Shown: positions 1 to 13,555 of the stretch, piece after piece
How the letters are laid out: each line of letters opens with the position of its first letter
How positions within the stretch are numbered: the stretch's first letter is position 1
From: Balanoglossus misakiensis
Lineage: Eukaryota > Animalia > Hemichordata
Length of the DNA stretch: 64,000 nt
NCBI GenBank assembly: GCA_040954595.2
Contig: CM082588.2
Span: 7,672,844 to 7,736,843, forward strand
Direction of reading: 5' to 3'
Made by a program: the position numbers and the translations under genes
Notes under the pieces: model-generated
Seen by the model: the letters and a program-made list of their open reading frames with translations, nothing else
The model's database searches: none
What the model was told of the DNA's origin: nothing

Positions 1-1340
1 GTGACATTAACGCGTTTGAAATCATAACCATTTTGACTACCCCGTCATCTCATCGGTTGTTACAAGCCTTACAAAGTATCGCGGTATTGTATCTCTCGCG
101 AATAACCCCTCACACTTTCCACCCGTACACAAACAATCTCTGACGTTATCCGATGCTTGGCACTAGCCAAAGACAAATACTACCAGGTTTGGCTAGCAGA
201 CCTGACTATTGGTTAGTAGTTTCTAAACACATGCTTGTCTGTATTGTCTCTGCTGATACTCGCCCAGCAATAACAGCAGATCACAATGCAATTTCCCTGA
301 AGATATAGTTGTTCCAAAATATCAGGGAACCAGATTACTGGATATTCCACACAAGTTTATTAAAATACGAAAATTACAAAAAGTTAATTAGACAGTGGGG
401 TAATTACGGATACAACTGAACGGAACAAAGATACGTGTGATACCAGAAAACTGCTTTAGATGCATAGAGTCTCTTATCTAGACTGAAAGGACATTGTCGG
501 AGCGCCCGCACAGGACTGAATCTTTCAGTGTAAAGAGTCTCTGGCGCGTTGGCTTAATGCCTTGATCTCCATCCCCAACACAACAAACAAACACTTTTTT
601 TTAAGTGGACAAAAATAGTCAACCTTTGAGCAAAATTTTGAAATTATCTGGCAATTTTATTAGTAAAGCTACTTATTATAAACGATATAAAATTAGACAC
701 TCTACATTATAGTGATTTGAATAAAATAACAAAAACAAAAAAAATACTAACGTGAAGTATAAAATTTGGATCCCAAACACAAATTTGGTGCAGAGTATAT
801 ATATATATGTGCAGTCAATATTCACACTCACACCAATATGCATCGTGGTTTCCAAAATATGAAATTAAGGATTTATACGATCGGTAAAGTTGAATGCAAT
901 GCCACTTGTTACAATTGCGAATTTGAAGATTCTCCTAAAAATGTGGTATCAAACTAATATTTAAAATAGAGCTCACAATGCTAGACTACAGCCACGAAAA
1001 ATAAAATGCCGCGCGCGGGAGAATGTCCGCCATTTAAAATGAAACATGGTGACAGCACGATTGTTTAAAAAGCCTATATGCAAAATTTAATTCAAATGAC
1101 AAAAGAAGCGTCTTTGTCAATTTTCGATGTGATGTTATCGAAAGCGACAGTTCGACCTTGTTGTATATCTTTGAACATTTCTTCATACACATTTAGGTTG
1201 AAAATGTGCGATCACTTTCAGTCGAATAAGAACCGTTGGCCTGGCGGAAGATTACTGGCGAGCTTCTACGAAACATCTAGGACTACTTGCAAACTTCAGT
1301 GAAGTTAAAGCAGCGTGTTTCAGCCTTTCAAAGTCTATCA

Positions 1341-1569
1341 TTAAAGGGAAGCGGTCGTCGCGCCGCATTTGTTTGTCTATAAACATTACAATTCATCCAC
1401 AAATCCCTGAAATTAGATCATTCTTAGAATGAACGAAGCAGCCAACCGTAGCGTAGACTGGGCATGACAGCAACTGAAGATCCTAGTAGGTCGTGGCGAC
1501 TGCAGTGGCGGGAGGAAATATTCTCATCAAGGGGGACACCCTCGCGGCGCGACGACCGCTTGCCTTTAA
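1341..1569. mobile_element. TTAA-flanked MITE (Kolobok-like), related copy at ~24070-24312
   Basis: TIR ttaaagggaagcggtcgtcgcg ... cgcgacgaccgcttgcctttaa; near-identical internal sequence in reverse orientation at 24070-24312. Confidence 0.75.
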
Positions 1570-1667
1570 CATTTCTGAACCTTTTGAATTGTCCATAACT
1601 ATACATGTACACAATGTAGTGTCCAGCGCACATTGTCGAAGCACGAAGCTTTGTCGAACTGCATATT

Positions 1668-4600
1668 CTATGCATTAGCGGCAGCAGCATTGCTGTTCAC
1701 TCTCTCATTATCGTCCCACGGATCAGCTGTAGTCAAGGGACTTCTCTCAGACGGCGCCGCCGATCGCGAGTCCGAATAGTCCCACGTCATTGACACGTTG
1801 TCGTATTCCCCGCCACGGTGACGTCGACGGTAGCTGATGGTGCCGATCGCTACAAGCATGACAACCACCAAGACCCCGGCCACGATGATGCCGGCGAGTG
1901 CGGTCACAGACAAGTGGTTGCCAGTGCTGGTCTGCTCGTCGAAGTTGACGTCATCTGGGGCATTGGGGTTGTATGGCCCGTCTGGCTCATCAAAATCATC
2001 CGGTCCGCCGTCTACAGCGTCAGCCGAGTAGTTGAATGGATATGATCGTGGTGGGCATACTGGAACCGCGCAGGGCAAGAACGAGTAGGTCATCTGCAGA
2101 TAGATTGCCTTCACATTTCTGGTATCAACATCCGGGTTGTACTTCGGAGAGACACTGAGCGCCCATGGTCCGATGGGGCTCAAGGCTACATAGTCGCTGG
2201 TTTCATCCACGCTGATACGGGTGTTCTCGACGTAGATATTGACCTGTTTAGAGGACGATTTTCTGCCAGAGTATAGCGTCAGGTCCTTTACATTGTAATC
2301 GAAGAGCATGGTTCGAGGGGCGTGTGTGAATGTCCACGGCTCGCCGTTCTTGTCATACACCGTGGAGGAACCGTAGCGTTTGAGCCACACTCGGAGATTG
2401 TCATCGCGGGTTTTCACGCCAGGTAACCAGACGCGCACATCCAACATGCGCACGTTGGTCAGCGGCGCCAGTTGGTCTTCTTTGCCCGTGACCGTGAACG
2501 CCATGTCACCAGTCCTGTCCAATTCTGCAAAGTCGTCCGGGAATTCGTCTCTGCTGATGACAATGCTGTTGACCATGGGTGGGGAGTCTTGGTTGAAGAT
2601 CTGGGCTTGGCTGCCAAGTTGTTCGATCTTGTCAACCATGTGGATGCGATTGTTGGCCAGCCACGCCTCAAGAAGGGCAATTCTGGAGTCGTCGAACTTG
2701 AAGACTCTGTTCTCTAAGAACTGGTAGTTGTAGGCTTCTTGGAGAAGTTTCATCTTATCCACGATGGCGTCTTTGAGGTTGGTGTAGATACGACTGATGG
2801 TAATGGCGTACTCGATAACCGTGGGGTCAAATCCCTTCCCCATTTCACTTCGAAGTCTCGACTCTTCCAGCTGAAGTACGCCATACTGAGTATCCAACGT
2901 GGAGATCCTTAGGACAACCGAGTCATGGTGCAAGATTTTATCGTTGACAGACCTGCAATTGATAATTGTTATAAAATTAGGGAGTTACAAAGTTTCAGTT
3001 TATCCGAAACGGGGCGTCATTTCATCTGAGGGGATACTAGTAATTCCTTCCACCATAAAACCTTTTTCACAAGTTCTTATCTGTCTTCTAGAGGAACAAG
3101 TCCCATACCGACCACCCGGTGAAATATTAACGCACATCCGTTAACTAACAATGTTAGTTCTGGGACAACGATCACTTGGCATTCCAGTATGGAATTTATG
3201 TATTTGTCCACGACCGTGATTTGTCATTCAACTCGATTAGAACTTCTGTGTTATACTATAATCTAGAAAATAGCCTGATAGTTTAGATTGGTATATTTGA
3301 ATTACGGACAGAGGGCTGTCTAAAACTTACTGTGAGAGGTCCATATATGATTGAATACGGGACTGGGCATCTCTACATTCTGGAAGGAACAGATACTGCT
3401 CCAACAGCTGCAAACAATTGTAGTAACATAAATTATGCAGATTATGCAAAGAGCAGGCTCCACGTCAGGCGGGACAGTAGGCCCGTGTGCAAAAAAAGGT
3501 CCACTACCTGGTTTGGAGTGTGAATCGACACAGCAGGCAATGTTTGGAAGTGATAATATGATAGAGATTTCGATTGGAAATCAAGGGCATGTTATAGACA
3601 CTGAAACATTCATTTACCGTCACATCCTACCACATTGCGATCACTTTTATCAATGCAAACATCAGTCGTTGACATGTGTTTGTTGATTATGTTACGGTCA
3701 CTCCACACACGGTGTGCGGAGTGACCGTGATTAGAGAGGTTTAGTTACACGTAAATACGCGTACGTCTGACGGCAGGCAGTGGCGTTCGCGTATGCGTAG
3801 CGACGCGTGAATTTTGCGGTTTAGTTGTACGTTTTGAATAGCTAAAATATTTAAAAACAATAGAAAATTCAAATATTTATCACTTCAATAAATTTTGTGT
3901 GTGATGAAAATTCTCTAAGATCACCACCCTTGCAATAAGTTTCTTGACTGCAGTGGAAAGATAGTTTAGTGAAGTTTTTCGATGTCTTTGTCGAGGCGTC
4001 GACGCGTCCACTGAAAACGTAGTTTGGGAATACATTTTTGTGTTTATGTTTTGAAAACACCAAATAGCGCCGGTTTTAGCACATATGGCAGATTTTTTTA
4101 GATAACATGGATGCTGGCTACATCACAATTGCACTGCAAAGATCAATCGCCCAAATTAAAGAGAGAATATCGAGAAATTCCGAAAAAATGTTACACGTAA
4201 TCATGATTACGCGTAGAAGCGTCGCTTGCCGTTCCGAACGTCTGTTCTACGCGTACGCGACCTCTGCTTATCACGTGACAATGACGCTACGCGTACTGAT
4301 CGAACGTATTTACGTGTAACTAAACCTCTCTATTAGAGAGGTTTAGTTACACGTTACACGTTACACGTTAGTTACACAGTACGCGTAGCGTCATTGTCAC
4401 GTGACAAGCAGAGGTCGCGTACGCGTAGAACAGACGTTCGGAACGGCAAGCGACGCTTCTACGCGTAATCATGATTACGTGTAACATTTTTTCGGAATTT
4501 CTCGATATTCTCTCTTTAATTTGAGCGATTGATCTCTGCAGTGCAATTGTGATGTAGCCAGCATCCATGTTATCTAAAAAAATCTGCCATATGTGCTAAA

Positions 4601-7600
4601 ACCGGCGCTATTTGTTGTTTTCAAAACATAAACACAAAAATGTATTACCAAACTACGTTTTCAGTGGACGCCTCGACAAAGACATCGAAAAACTTCACTA
4701 AACTATCTTTCCACTGCAGTCAAGAAACTTATTGCAAGGGTGGTGATCTTAGAGAATATTCATCACACACAAAATTTATTGAAGTGAAAAATATTTGAGT
4801 TTTCTATTGTTTTTAACTGTTGTTGTTATTCAAAACGGACAACTAAACCGCAAAATTCACGCGTCGCTACGCATACGCGAACGCCACTGCCTGCCGTCAG
4901 ACGTACGCGTATTTACGTGTAACTAAACCTCTCTATTATGTCTAGAGGAATACGCCATTCTCATAAAGAGGGCGCCCTTCCCCAATATGGCGTCATCTCC
5001 AAGCAGACGATGCGAAAACGAGGCCAGTAAACCAAGGAGTACTGCTCAAGCTCGTCTAGTTTGCCGTATATATGATACAATTTACGGGTAAAAATTACCT
5101 TACGAAAATATATGGCTACCAAACGTCGTTTCCAACTAAAGAGACGATACACAAGACGATGATGTTTTTACTCTGTGACTTACTGGCCTCGTTTTCGCGT
5201 CGTCTTGGAAGGGCGCCCTCTTTATAAAAATGGCGTATGCAATACTTCACTGACAGATTCTAAGTTTTACCTTTTGTAATTCCTTTCCGTCAGCAACAAT
5301 CTTAACTGAGTTTTCCTGTCCTCTCTTTTCGATGGTGTCTTTGATTTTCTCGTACTGTTCCTCGATCCCACCGATCGTCGTTACAATGGTCCCAACCGAT
5401 TTATCATAGATTCCGCGGACATCTTCAATGATGGTGCCCACGCCGACTATTTGATCGAAGATACCCTTTCCCTGGAGTCCTTTGACAGAGTCGAGCGCTC
5501 CGACGAACTCACCGAAACCACCAGACAGCGACTGAAATCCTGGATAATTCACAACAGAAAAATATTTTTTGCAATGTTACAACCTTATTATAATCATCTT
5601 ACATCTCCGTTAGTTTTTGATGAGTTTCGTATTACTTGGTTTCCACAACGCCGCCGGGTACGATCGAGCGTATTGAGTCTCGCGTTCTGGGAAATGATGC
5701 CTAACGCTTGTATTACAGATTTCATTTTCATAGTTCAAATTTCGAAGTCTTGTAATTTAACTCACCTCCCGTGGCTAAAGTGAATATTTTCACAGCAGCG
5801 CCTATGATATTCAAAATGTCTCTGAAAATCATTTTGGATCTCTGTTTGACCAGGTATATATCCACAGCGTTCTTGCAGTTGGCTGAAATGCCTTCAGCCG
5901 AGACGCGAGATTCTCGTTGCAGATGGATGAGTTCACTGAGCTCTGATTTGATCTGAGGACATTAATACAAATACATGTTTTGAAAATGTGTGCATAGGGA
6001 TATAAACCCGAATCATGTATTTTCATATAGATCCTTAGTCTAGAATCTAGACTCCAGTGATTCTAAAATGAAGACCAAAATGCTCGACTGTTCGTGGTGA
6101 GTGAGCAACGCTAAAAACAACAACACCGATCTGGATTATAGACTAACAAATTCAGTGTGTTATGGAAAATCATTATTTTTTTATACAGATAAACAGAAAA
6201 AGCCGAAAAACAGAACAAAAACACCGGGAAGATTATGCAGAAGCAGTGAAAAGATTTGCATAGTAAAAAGGCGCCAAACATCCGGGTATTTGTCCAATAT
6301 ACCTGATATAACTCCTCCATTTTGTCTTCTCTTGTTTTATCCAGTACATCCATGTTGTATCGAGTATGTCCCATACAATCTTGAATGATAGCTTGTCTGC
6401 GCTGTATTTCGGTCGATTTGGCAAAATACAGGTTGTAGTCGACCTCCACGTGTCGAGCGTAGGGTACGATATCGTTGCTAAGGTAACTGTAAATGCTGTT
6501 GTAAGAACTGAGAGGCATGCTGTTCGGTGCGTGAGCCCAGAAGTCCAGACCTACATGGTAAGAAGGCGAAATGGTGGACATTATTATAATAAACTCAAAA
6601 TACAATGAAAAGTCAATTAAAGTTTGCAATTGGTGCTCTCTGGCGAAAAACCCTGATCGGTGAAAAGTGAGGTACTTTCAAAGAAGGATTGAAAAATCAT
6701 GACCACACTACTTAACCCTTTCACCCCCAGTTCCTTCTTTAGAGGTCCAAGTTTACCATACGAAGCAATGGGTTTGGGCTGAACCATGGTGGTGAAAGGG
6801 TTAAAGCTCCAGTAGGTTAAACTCTGGACTATTTTCTCAGTATAGAAAATGAGGAACGAAAATAATTGTGAATCTCACAACTTTCACGTAACTGCTACAC
6901 TCATCCACAACCATTACAAATCTCATCTTACCATGTGACAATTGTCTCAGGTACAGCAAAGACTGATTTGCATATTGCTGAAGTTCAAGATCACTGGAAT
7001 ACCGACCGGTGTAGTACACCCAGAGGTAAACATCCCTTGCTGACGTAAACTCCCCGTTCTTGTAATATCTGCAATGTAAATAACACATTCGTGTGTAAGT
7101 AGTTTCATTTCAATTTTTCCTTGTACCGATTCTTGAGGGAAAAAATGAAACTGAGTATTAAATGCATTTTAACCAGTTTTATCATTAAGTAATATCAGAG
7201 GCATGTTTGCTGAGTTAGATTTTGGCTTTGTTGGCTTCCTCTGATATGATTAGCAGGTTTAAAATGCACTCAAAATACCTCACACATTATTTTCGTATGT
7301 AAGGCCAAACAGATGAATTGCAGCGCCCTCTCCAGGACCAAATAAGCCTAGATAGACAAGTCGACTTGTTCTGATCATAATTACCAAACTTTCATCTGAC
7401 CTTGAGCTTGAGCATGATTATATAACGGTATGTTTCTCTTACTTGTTTCCTTCTCGTATTGTAACTTGCACCATTTCCGTGGAGACGTACTTAGAAAATT
7501 CATCGAAGTCAATGGATCGCATTTCAAAGTTGCCACGGGAACCTCGGTTGGCCATGGGCGCTGAGGGCGCTTTACTACCGGTATCACCTGAAATGAGGAA

Positions 7601-10600
7601 GCGAAACCGCGTGTTCACGCTTGTATCCCGTGATAATGAAGTAATTGTAAGTACAGCTACTGGTTTCAATGTGATAAAATTCTAAAGAGGTGATGTCAAC
7701 AGTTGAAATGATTTGTTCATCCATGACTTTTCAATCGAGGAAGTAAGAATTCAGCAGAGAGATCAGCTGAACTGAGAGGTACCCACCTTGTGGTCCGTAT
7801 GCGCCATTATTCCCCTCGCACTTTTTCTTCTTCCTCCACAACCATCCATGCGACTTACAGCGCGTCTTGCTTCCCATACCACCGGGTCCCCCGACCCCTG
7901 GTCGGCCTGGTTTCGCCTGTTGACCGGGCTGTCCGCCATCCACGTTCAGCAGTGGTAGGTCGACTGACGTCAAGAGATTCATATCCATATCCTCCCACGT
8001 TTGATTCAGTGTCAAGAAGGTGACGTCACCACCGCGGCCTGTTTGTGCAGGGGAAGGCAAAAACATGGTTAAAGGTATACGGTCACCTCCACACGCCCAT
8101 GTATGGCTGAAATGGCGTATTTGAGTGTTCTAAAGAACATATGGTGACGCTCTTTTTTCGCGTGTGCCACCCACTGAAAATCTGTGATTGGCTAGTTCTC
8201 AATTAGCCATGGTAACTTTAGCTAAATTTGCATAGGTGACCGTATACCTTTAACGCAGAAGATTTTATACTGTATTGCGAAGCTAAGATGTCTCCACTTG
8301 CCGGAAATTCAACCAGAGAAATATCGTGATGACATTAAACCGACAGAGGAAAGTAGGGAGAAAGGGGAAATACAGAAAAGGGAAGAATTTTTTAAAAAAA
8401 GCAGGAAACTGTGATGGACCTAGTGACAGGCACAATAGAATAGTTTCAGCACACACTGCAGAGATTGTGAAGCCGTATTTAACCTATTGGAAACTCTGCC
8501 AGCAGATCCCCCCTGGTATTTAAACATCATCCACAGTTATAGTAAGTAAAACCTAAGCAGAAGTAGGTACTAAAAGAGCAAAATGAAGAACTGTCCACCG
8601 ATTCTTGTATGGGTAGAGCTTTCACGAGATGGAGCTTTATGTGCCAATAATGTAACCATTGTATATGTTTACAATATTCACATATTTCACTGCTAATTCA
8701 GGACTTAAACGTCGCCTTAAAGGGACAAAGTCTCTATACAAGACATCGTTTATGTTATTCTACATGTGGATATATAGTGAATCAACGTTCGACCACGCAC
8801 AACTTCCACCCCGTTTGTAGGATATGAGAGTGAAAAGTTCGCCAAAATGAATAAATGGTAGAGACCCTTTAATGATGTGGCTATACACACCTCCGTCACC
8901 CGATCTCCCTGGTTTCCCGGCATTGCCGCCTCTGCCACCTTTGTGGCCCTGTGTGGAACGACCGCGACAACAAGCATCATAGTCTCTGAAATGTCAAACA
9001 CAGAACCAGATAAGCACATCGACTTACTAACAAAGCCACGCGCAACGGATTACAGTAATATAAGGGACAAAGTCTCTCTCTCGCTGCCCTTTTACCATTA
9101 ATCATGTCCGATACAAGACACCGTTTATGTTATTCTACATGTGGATATGCAGTGAATCAAGATTCAACCACACACACCTTCTATCCCGATTGTAGACACG
9201 AGAGTTAAAAACTCGCCAAAATGAATATAAATCGGTCTTAGCCATTTATTCATTTTGAGCGAGTTTTTTACTCTCATACCAAGTGGGATGGAAGTTGTGT
9301 GTGGTCGAACGTTCATTCACTACATATACACATGTACATTATGTATTGTATCAAACATAATTAATGGTAAAAGGGCAGCGAGAGAGAGACTTTGTCCCTT
9401 TAAGTAAAAGTGTAGGTATTGTATGAAGACTTACGTATTTGGGCTGCCTGCAGCGCCCTCGCGACCATTACCACCATCTTGTCCCCGTCCTCCAGGTCCT
9501 CCTTGCGACTTGACCTCGAGCTGACCTCCAAATAGGAATGCAACATACATCTTGACGTCACCACCTTGGTTACCTTTCCCACCTTGACCGCTTGAGTTAG
9601 CGAAAGGATAGTCAGAGACAGTCAGTCAGTCAGATATAGACAAAGAGATGAGACAAACTAGAGACAGAGAAAGACTGAACATCATTGACGCTATTAAGGA
9701 CATAACATCTCAAAAAGAAAATTTCTTCTTCGGATTCATAATATTGTTATAAAAGAATTAGAAACATTTATTTACCCGTCGCGGCCATTTTCTCCCGGTG
9801 AAACGCCATCATCAGCCGGCAACTTATTATCTGGTTGGCCAGGAGACTGAAAAGACGCATCAATCGTCGCTTTCTCTCCAACCACGGTCAAGTTGACAGC
9901 GGTGATGTAAACATTTCGACCTTTCCATTTGATGTTACCCTTGACAGTGACACTGACCGCCTGCAGGTAGAAATCTTTGCACGGATCGTAGATGGCGCTG
10001 TTTGCATCCAGGAATACTGACGTTGCCAGAATTTCAACCCGGTCGTCCGTCACCTAGATGAGTCATAGTAGAAAAGGGGAAATAAACTGAATGGAAATTC
10101 AATTCGAGTGAAAACATCTCTTATAACTGAATTACGTCATTGTTGTTTCGTTTGAGCACGGGACACTCTGAAAACTATATAGATGGACCGCTGGAAATAA
10201 AATGTGGAAACATTTGCGCAAATTTGTTCTCGTATTAACAAATAAAATAACGGAGACAGAATAACGATCTAGATTGCGACTCTATATGATATGAACTTAA
10301 TTATCGTGTGAATAATAGTTGGTATGTTCATTTATGCAAAGTTTTGAACTCAAATCTCCTGGCGGCGCAAAAATAAGTGATATTTATTGATACTGACAAA
10401 GAGAACAAATTAGGGTGTTGCAAAGACCGAAGTGGCTGTGGTGAGATTTGTAGTGTACACAGAAACACGAAACCTGACAGCGACTTCCTCAAAATTGAAT
10501 CCAAAATAAATCGTCTGTTTGAATGGCTTTTGTGGACAGAGATCAGCGTCCCTGTTCCTGTATGTAAAAGGTGCAACTAAACAGTAAACCCGTAGACACT

Positions 10601-12945
10601 TGGCCTACTCCCCAACTTTTCCATCAACTATATATAGGTATAGGTTAAATATTGTCGATGGTAATTTGCATCTTTACTCGAACAAATACAGAGCTATGAT
10701 ATACGGTCGTATATCATAGCAAATTTAGCCACAGTTACTATGGCAACTTGAGATTTAGCCAATGTCAGATTTTCATTTGGATGGCCACGCGAAAAAGTGC
10801 GCCGCCACATGGTCATTCCGAAGGCACAGACACGCCCTTTTCACAGTAAAGGTGGCCGTATCCATTCAATACCTAGAGATAAAATAAAACTTCTTTACTC
10901 ACTCTTTTGTAAAAGCCATCTGCTACTACAGTGTCTCTGGTTCCGTTTGCTGGCGGACAGGTCGGGTCGCGGGCTGATGACGCGCCACTGGCCATGAGAA
11001 GCCCCCTTAATGGTTTCCTTGGCCCCAGCAGGCCGTGCGAAGTCATGGGTTTATACGGCTCTTTCTTCGGGAATGTTGGACTTCCACGCGGCGACGACAG
11101 CAAAAGCTTGGGTTTGGCTGGCTGGATGGCGGGAGATTTTGTGGGTGTGGGATCGTGCTTCGTGTCGTTCATGATGACGAAAGTCTGGTTTTCCTCGGGG
11201 TTGGCTGTCGACATCTCGGTTGTCGTTTCTTCACTTTCGAGTTCATTCACGCCGAAAATTTCAAACATTTCGCCGTTTTCTCTGAAAATCATGGTTCCTT
11301 CACTTTCGTCAATAACGGTGTCTGGGTTGGATTTGACCTCGTCATATAGAGCATCGATATCGACACCATCTTGAAGCAAATCGACGATATCGATTTTTTG
11401 TAAATCAAACTCGGCCGGTTGTTCTTGAGAGATGACAATGTCACTTTTTCCTGTGTCGGATTCTACCTCTCCGTCCGCTCCATTCTTTGTCTCAGACGAC
11501 CAAATTTGATTCTCGCTGACAGATTCTTCGTCTGACTCCTGATTTGGCTCCGGGGTCCCAATGTTTAATTCCTCGATAAAACGCACGCGCTCGCTGGCTG
11601 TCATTTCTTGGCCTGTGTCTGAGTTGATTGACAGCAGTTTGCCGGCTGTTTCAAGCCCATTGCTGCCAATTTGGTCTTCTCTCTGATCTGGAGGTACCCA
11701 TGGGACAATCTCATCACCTCTTGGAGTGAAATTTGGCAGAGGTTCAAGACCTAGCCCTTCTATGGGACCAACATCTCCACCGTCAACCATTTCTTGTCCA
11801 GTGTTGTGTTTTCCCGATCGCAGTATTCCTCCAGAATCGGGTCCATTGCTGTCAATTCGTCCATCTCTCTGATCTGGTGATACCCATGGCATGATGCCAT
11901 GATCAGGGTTACTCGGAGTGAAATTAGGCAGGGGTTCACGACCTAGCCCGTCTATGGGACCAACATCTCCACCGTCAACCATTTCTTGTGCAGCGTTGTG
12001 TTTTCCCGATCGCAATATCCCTCCTGAATCGGGTCCATTTCTCCCAATTTGTCCATCCCTCTGATCTGGTGGTACCCACGGGACAATCTCATAGCCATTT
12101 GGAGTGAAATTTGGCAACGGTTCTCTTCCCAAACCTCTGACGGAATCTATGCGCTCCACCTCAGGAATTTCCTGTCCCATGTCACTTGACTGTGACTTTC
12201 CATCAGTTTCTTCTCTGTAATTCCCCCACTGTTCTTCTCTCTGCCCTGGCGATACCCACGGCACAATACCATACCCGCTCGGAGTAAAACTTGGTATCGA
12301 CTTCCTTGAGCGGGGATGTCGACGTCCATTTTTCAAACTCAACACGTCGTTTCCTTGTTTGTCAATTTCAACAATTTGATCTCTCCCTCCATTATTCAGA
12401 TTAATACTTCTGCTTTCAGGCAAATCGTAGCCGTGAGTGTCAACTTCGGTGAGTTCTTCAGCTCCGAGCAGAGCAATATTGCCCAAAAGGGAGCTTACCG
12501 CTATTTAAAAAAAAGCAAATAATAACTGCATCAGGTAAACATAGCTATATAGCTATACATGCACACAGCAGCAAATCAGTTCCAAATAACTTGACATGCC
12601 TTTCCTCGTCGAGAGAGATTTCAAGATTGAAACTTCCGCATCGATCTCATGCACAGAACCTCAGTACGAGACACGCAAAATGAAAGTCAGAACCACGCGT
12701 GTCACATCAAAGGTATATACGAAAACGCAAATTGAATATATGTCTGTCGACATACGAATTATCCCCAGCAAGTCAGACCGCAATCTCAGTACCGTGTTCT
12801 ATGGCCGCGTCAAACTTAAAAAAGTTTTTTACGAGAATATTACTTTTGTCTTATAAAATGCTGCTGTGTGTTTACTTTCGCTTTTGATCGCATATACTTG
12901 GAAATTTAACATACCTAAGCAGGCCACGCTTAACGGTCGGAACAT
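1668..12945 (-). CDS. 13-exon gene, ~1569-aa type-I membrane protein: signal peptide, acidic repeat region, Gly-rich collagen-like segments, helical toxin-like region, C-terminal TM helix
   Basis: Hand-built exons (minus): 12915-12945, 10903-12500, 9776-10053, 9435-9590, 8891-8985, 7787-8038, 7491-7587, 6932-7068, 6303-6550, 5766-5952, 5271-5539, 3331-3407, 1668-2952. All introns are GT-AG, phases match, total 4710 nt. N-terminus MFRPLSVACLAVSSLLGNIALLGA|EEL is signal-peptide-like. TM helix LSVTALAGIIVAGVLVVVMLVAIGTISY is followed by RRRHR. Confidence 0.85.
3733..4934. mobile_element. Two inverted copies of a ~600-bp PIF/Harbinger-like MITE forming a 1.2-kb palindrome
   Basis: Copies at 3733-4331 and 4335-4934, each with TIR agagaggtttagttacacg; ATT occurs before, between and after them; mirror ORFs 4107-4319(+) and 4368-4568(-). 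Confidence 0.85.
4951..5238. mobile_element. TA-bounded MITE
   Basis: TIR tacgccattctcataaagagggcgcccttcc ... ggaagggcgccctctttataaaaatggcgta. Confidence 0.7.
6712..6804. mobile_element. Short TTAA-flanked MITE (related degenerate copies ~14060-14135 and ~20254-20345)
   Basis: ttaaccctttcacc ... ggtgaaagggttaa. Confidence 0.65.
8069..8253. mobile_element. TTAA MITE family B (aggtatacagtcacc); other copies ~21657-21800, 23118-23309, 48525-48703, 56825-57007
   Basis: TIR ttaaaggtatacggtcacc ... ggtgaccgtatacctttaa; shared core gccacccactgaaaatctgtgattggcta. Confidence 0.8.
9061..9403. mobile_element. TTAA MITE family A (agggacaaag); other copies ~8717-8872, 19658-19966, 20986-21165, 21797-22151, 30391-30678, 42546-42835, 51438-51712
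   Basis: Long TIRs agggacaaagtctctctctcgctgcccttt ... aaagggcagcgagagagagactttgtccct with TTAA flanks, dispersed many times in the window. Confidence 0.85.
11640..12300 (-). repeat. Four degenerate coding repeats (GLGREPLPNFTP..IVPWVxPDQR) in exon 2 of the first gene
   Basis: Visible in translation of ORF 10873-12486. Confidence 0.75.
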
Positions 12946-13093
12946 GCTGCTGTACACAATCGCCAGGAAGATCGACCCGGAGTTCGAAATACTAAGATTA
13001 GCTTCAAAATGTTGGTGGACAGTTCTGGGTCACCCGAACTGAGCGTCTTTCTGTAAGTTCTGGCGCGGTTGATATGAGTATACTATGTCTGCT

Positions 13094-13183
13094 AAATATA
13101 TAGTTTGTGGAAATACCCGGCAGGGCTCTGATTGGTCAGAGGGTGGTTCTGTCTATGATGACATTTCTGCAACAGCCGATTGG
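13094..13183 (-). promoter_or_regulatory. Putative core promoter of the first gene (TATA-like element plus two CCAAT boxes)
   Basis: Minus-strand TATATATTT at ~13094-13102 and CCAAT at 13131-13135 and 13179-13183, ~150-240 bp upstream of the inferred ATG. Confidence 0.35.
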
Positions 13184-13358
13184 CCAGCACGACCTACGTG
13201 AAACACATTGAAGAAGTAAGGGGTCACCCAGCGGTCAATGCAGTATGAATATAGGTTTACGTGCGGGCGTTACTGGACTTTGTAGTCAAGAGTGTACGTT
13301 CCCAGTTAGTATTAAGTAGTGAATTGCTGCATAGGAAGGAACCTACACTAACTTATAA

Positions 13359-13555
13359 GGGACTGGTCCGTTTCTTCGGCCGCGGCGGGCGGGGGGTGGG
13401 GGTGATCGTATTTTGTGGATATCAAAAAGAGACTGAGCCCCCCCCCCCAACATTGAACATGGAAAAGTGACCCCCCCCCCCCCATCACCCAATTCCAAAA
13501 CAGGATGACCTCCCCCAAGAATCCAACCCCAGGGTGAAAAAAACTGACTAGTCCC
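13359..13555. mobile_element. Harbinger/Tourist-like MITE
   Basis: TIR gggactggtc / gactagtccc with TAA on both sides. Confidence 0.7.

Noticed and set aside
4107-4568. Twin ~70-aa ORFs on opposite strands
   Set aside because: Mirror images inside the inverted MITE pair.
10470-10560. Possible extra exon of the first gene
   Set aside because: Phases do not fit; the flanking exons already join in phase 0.
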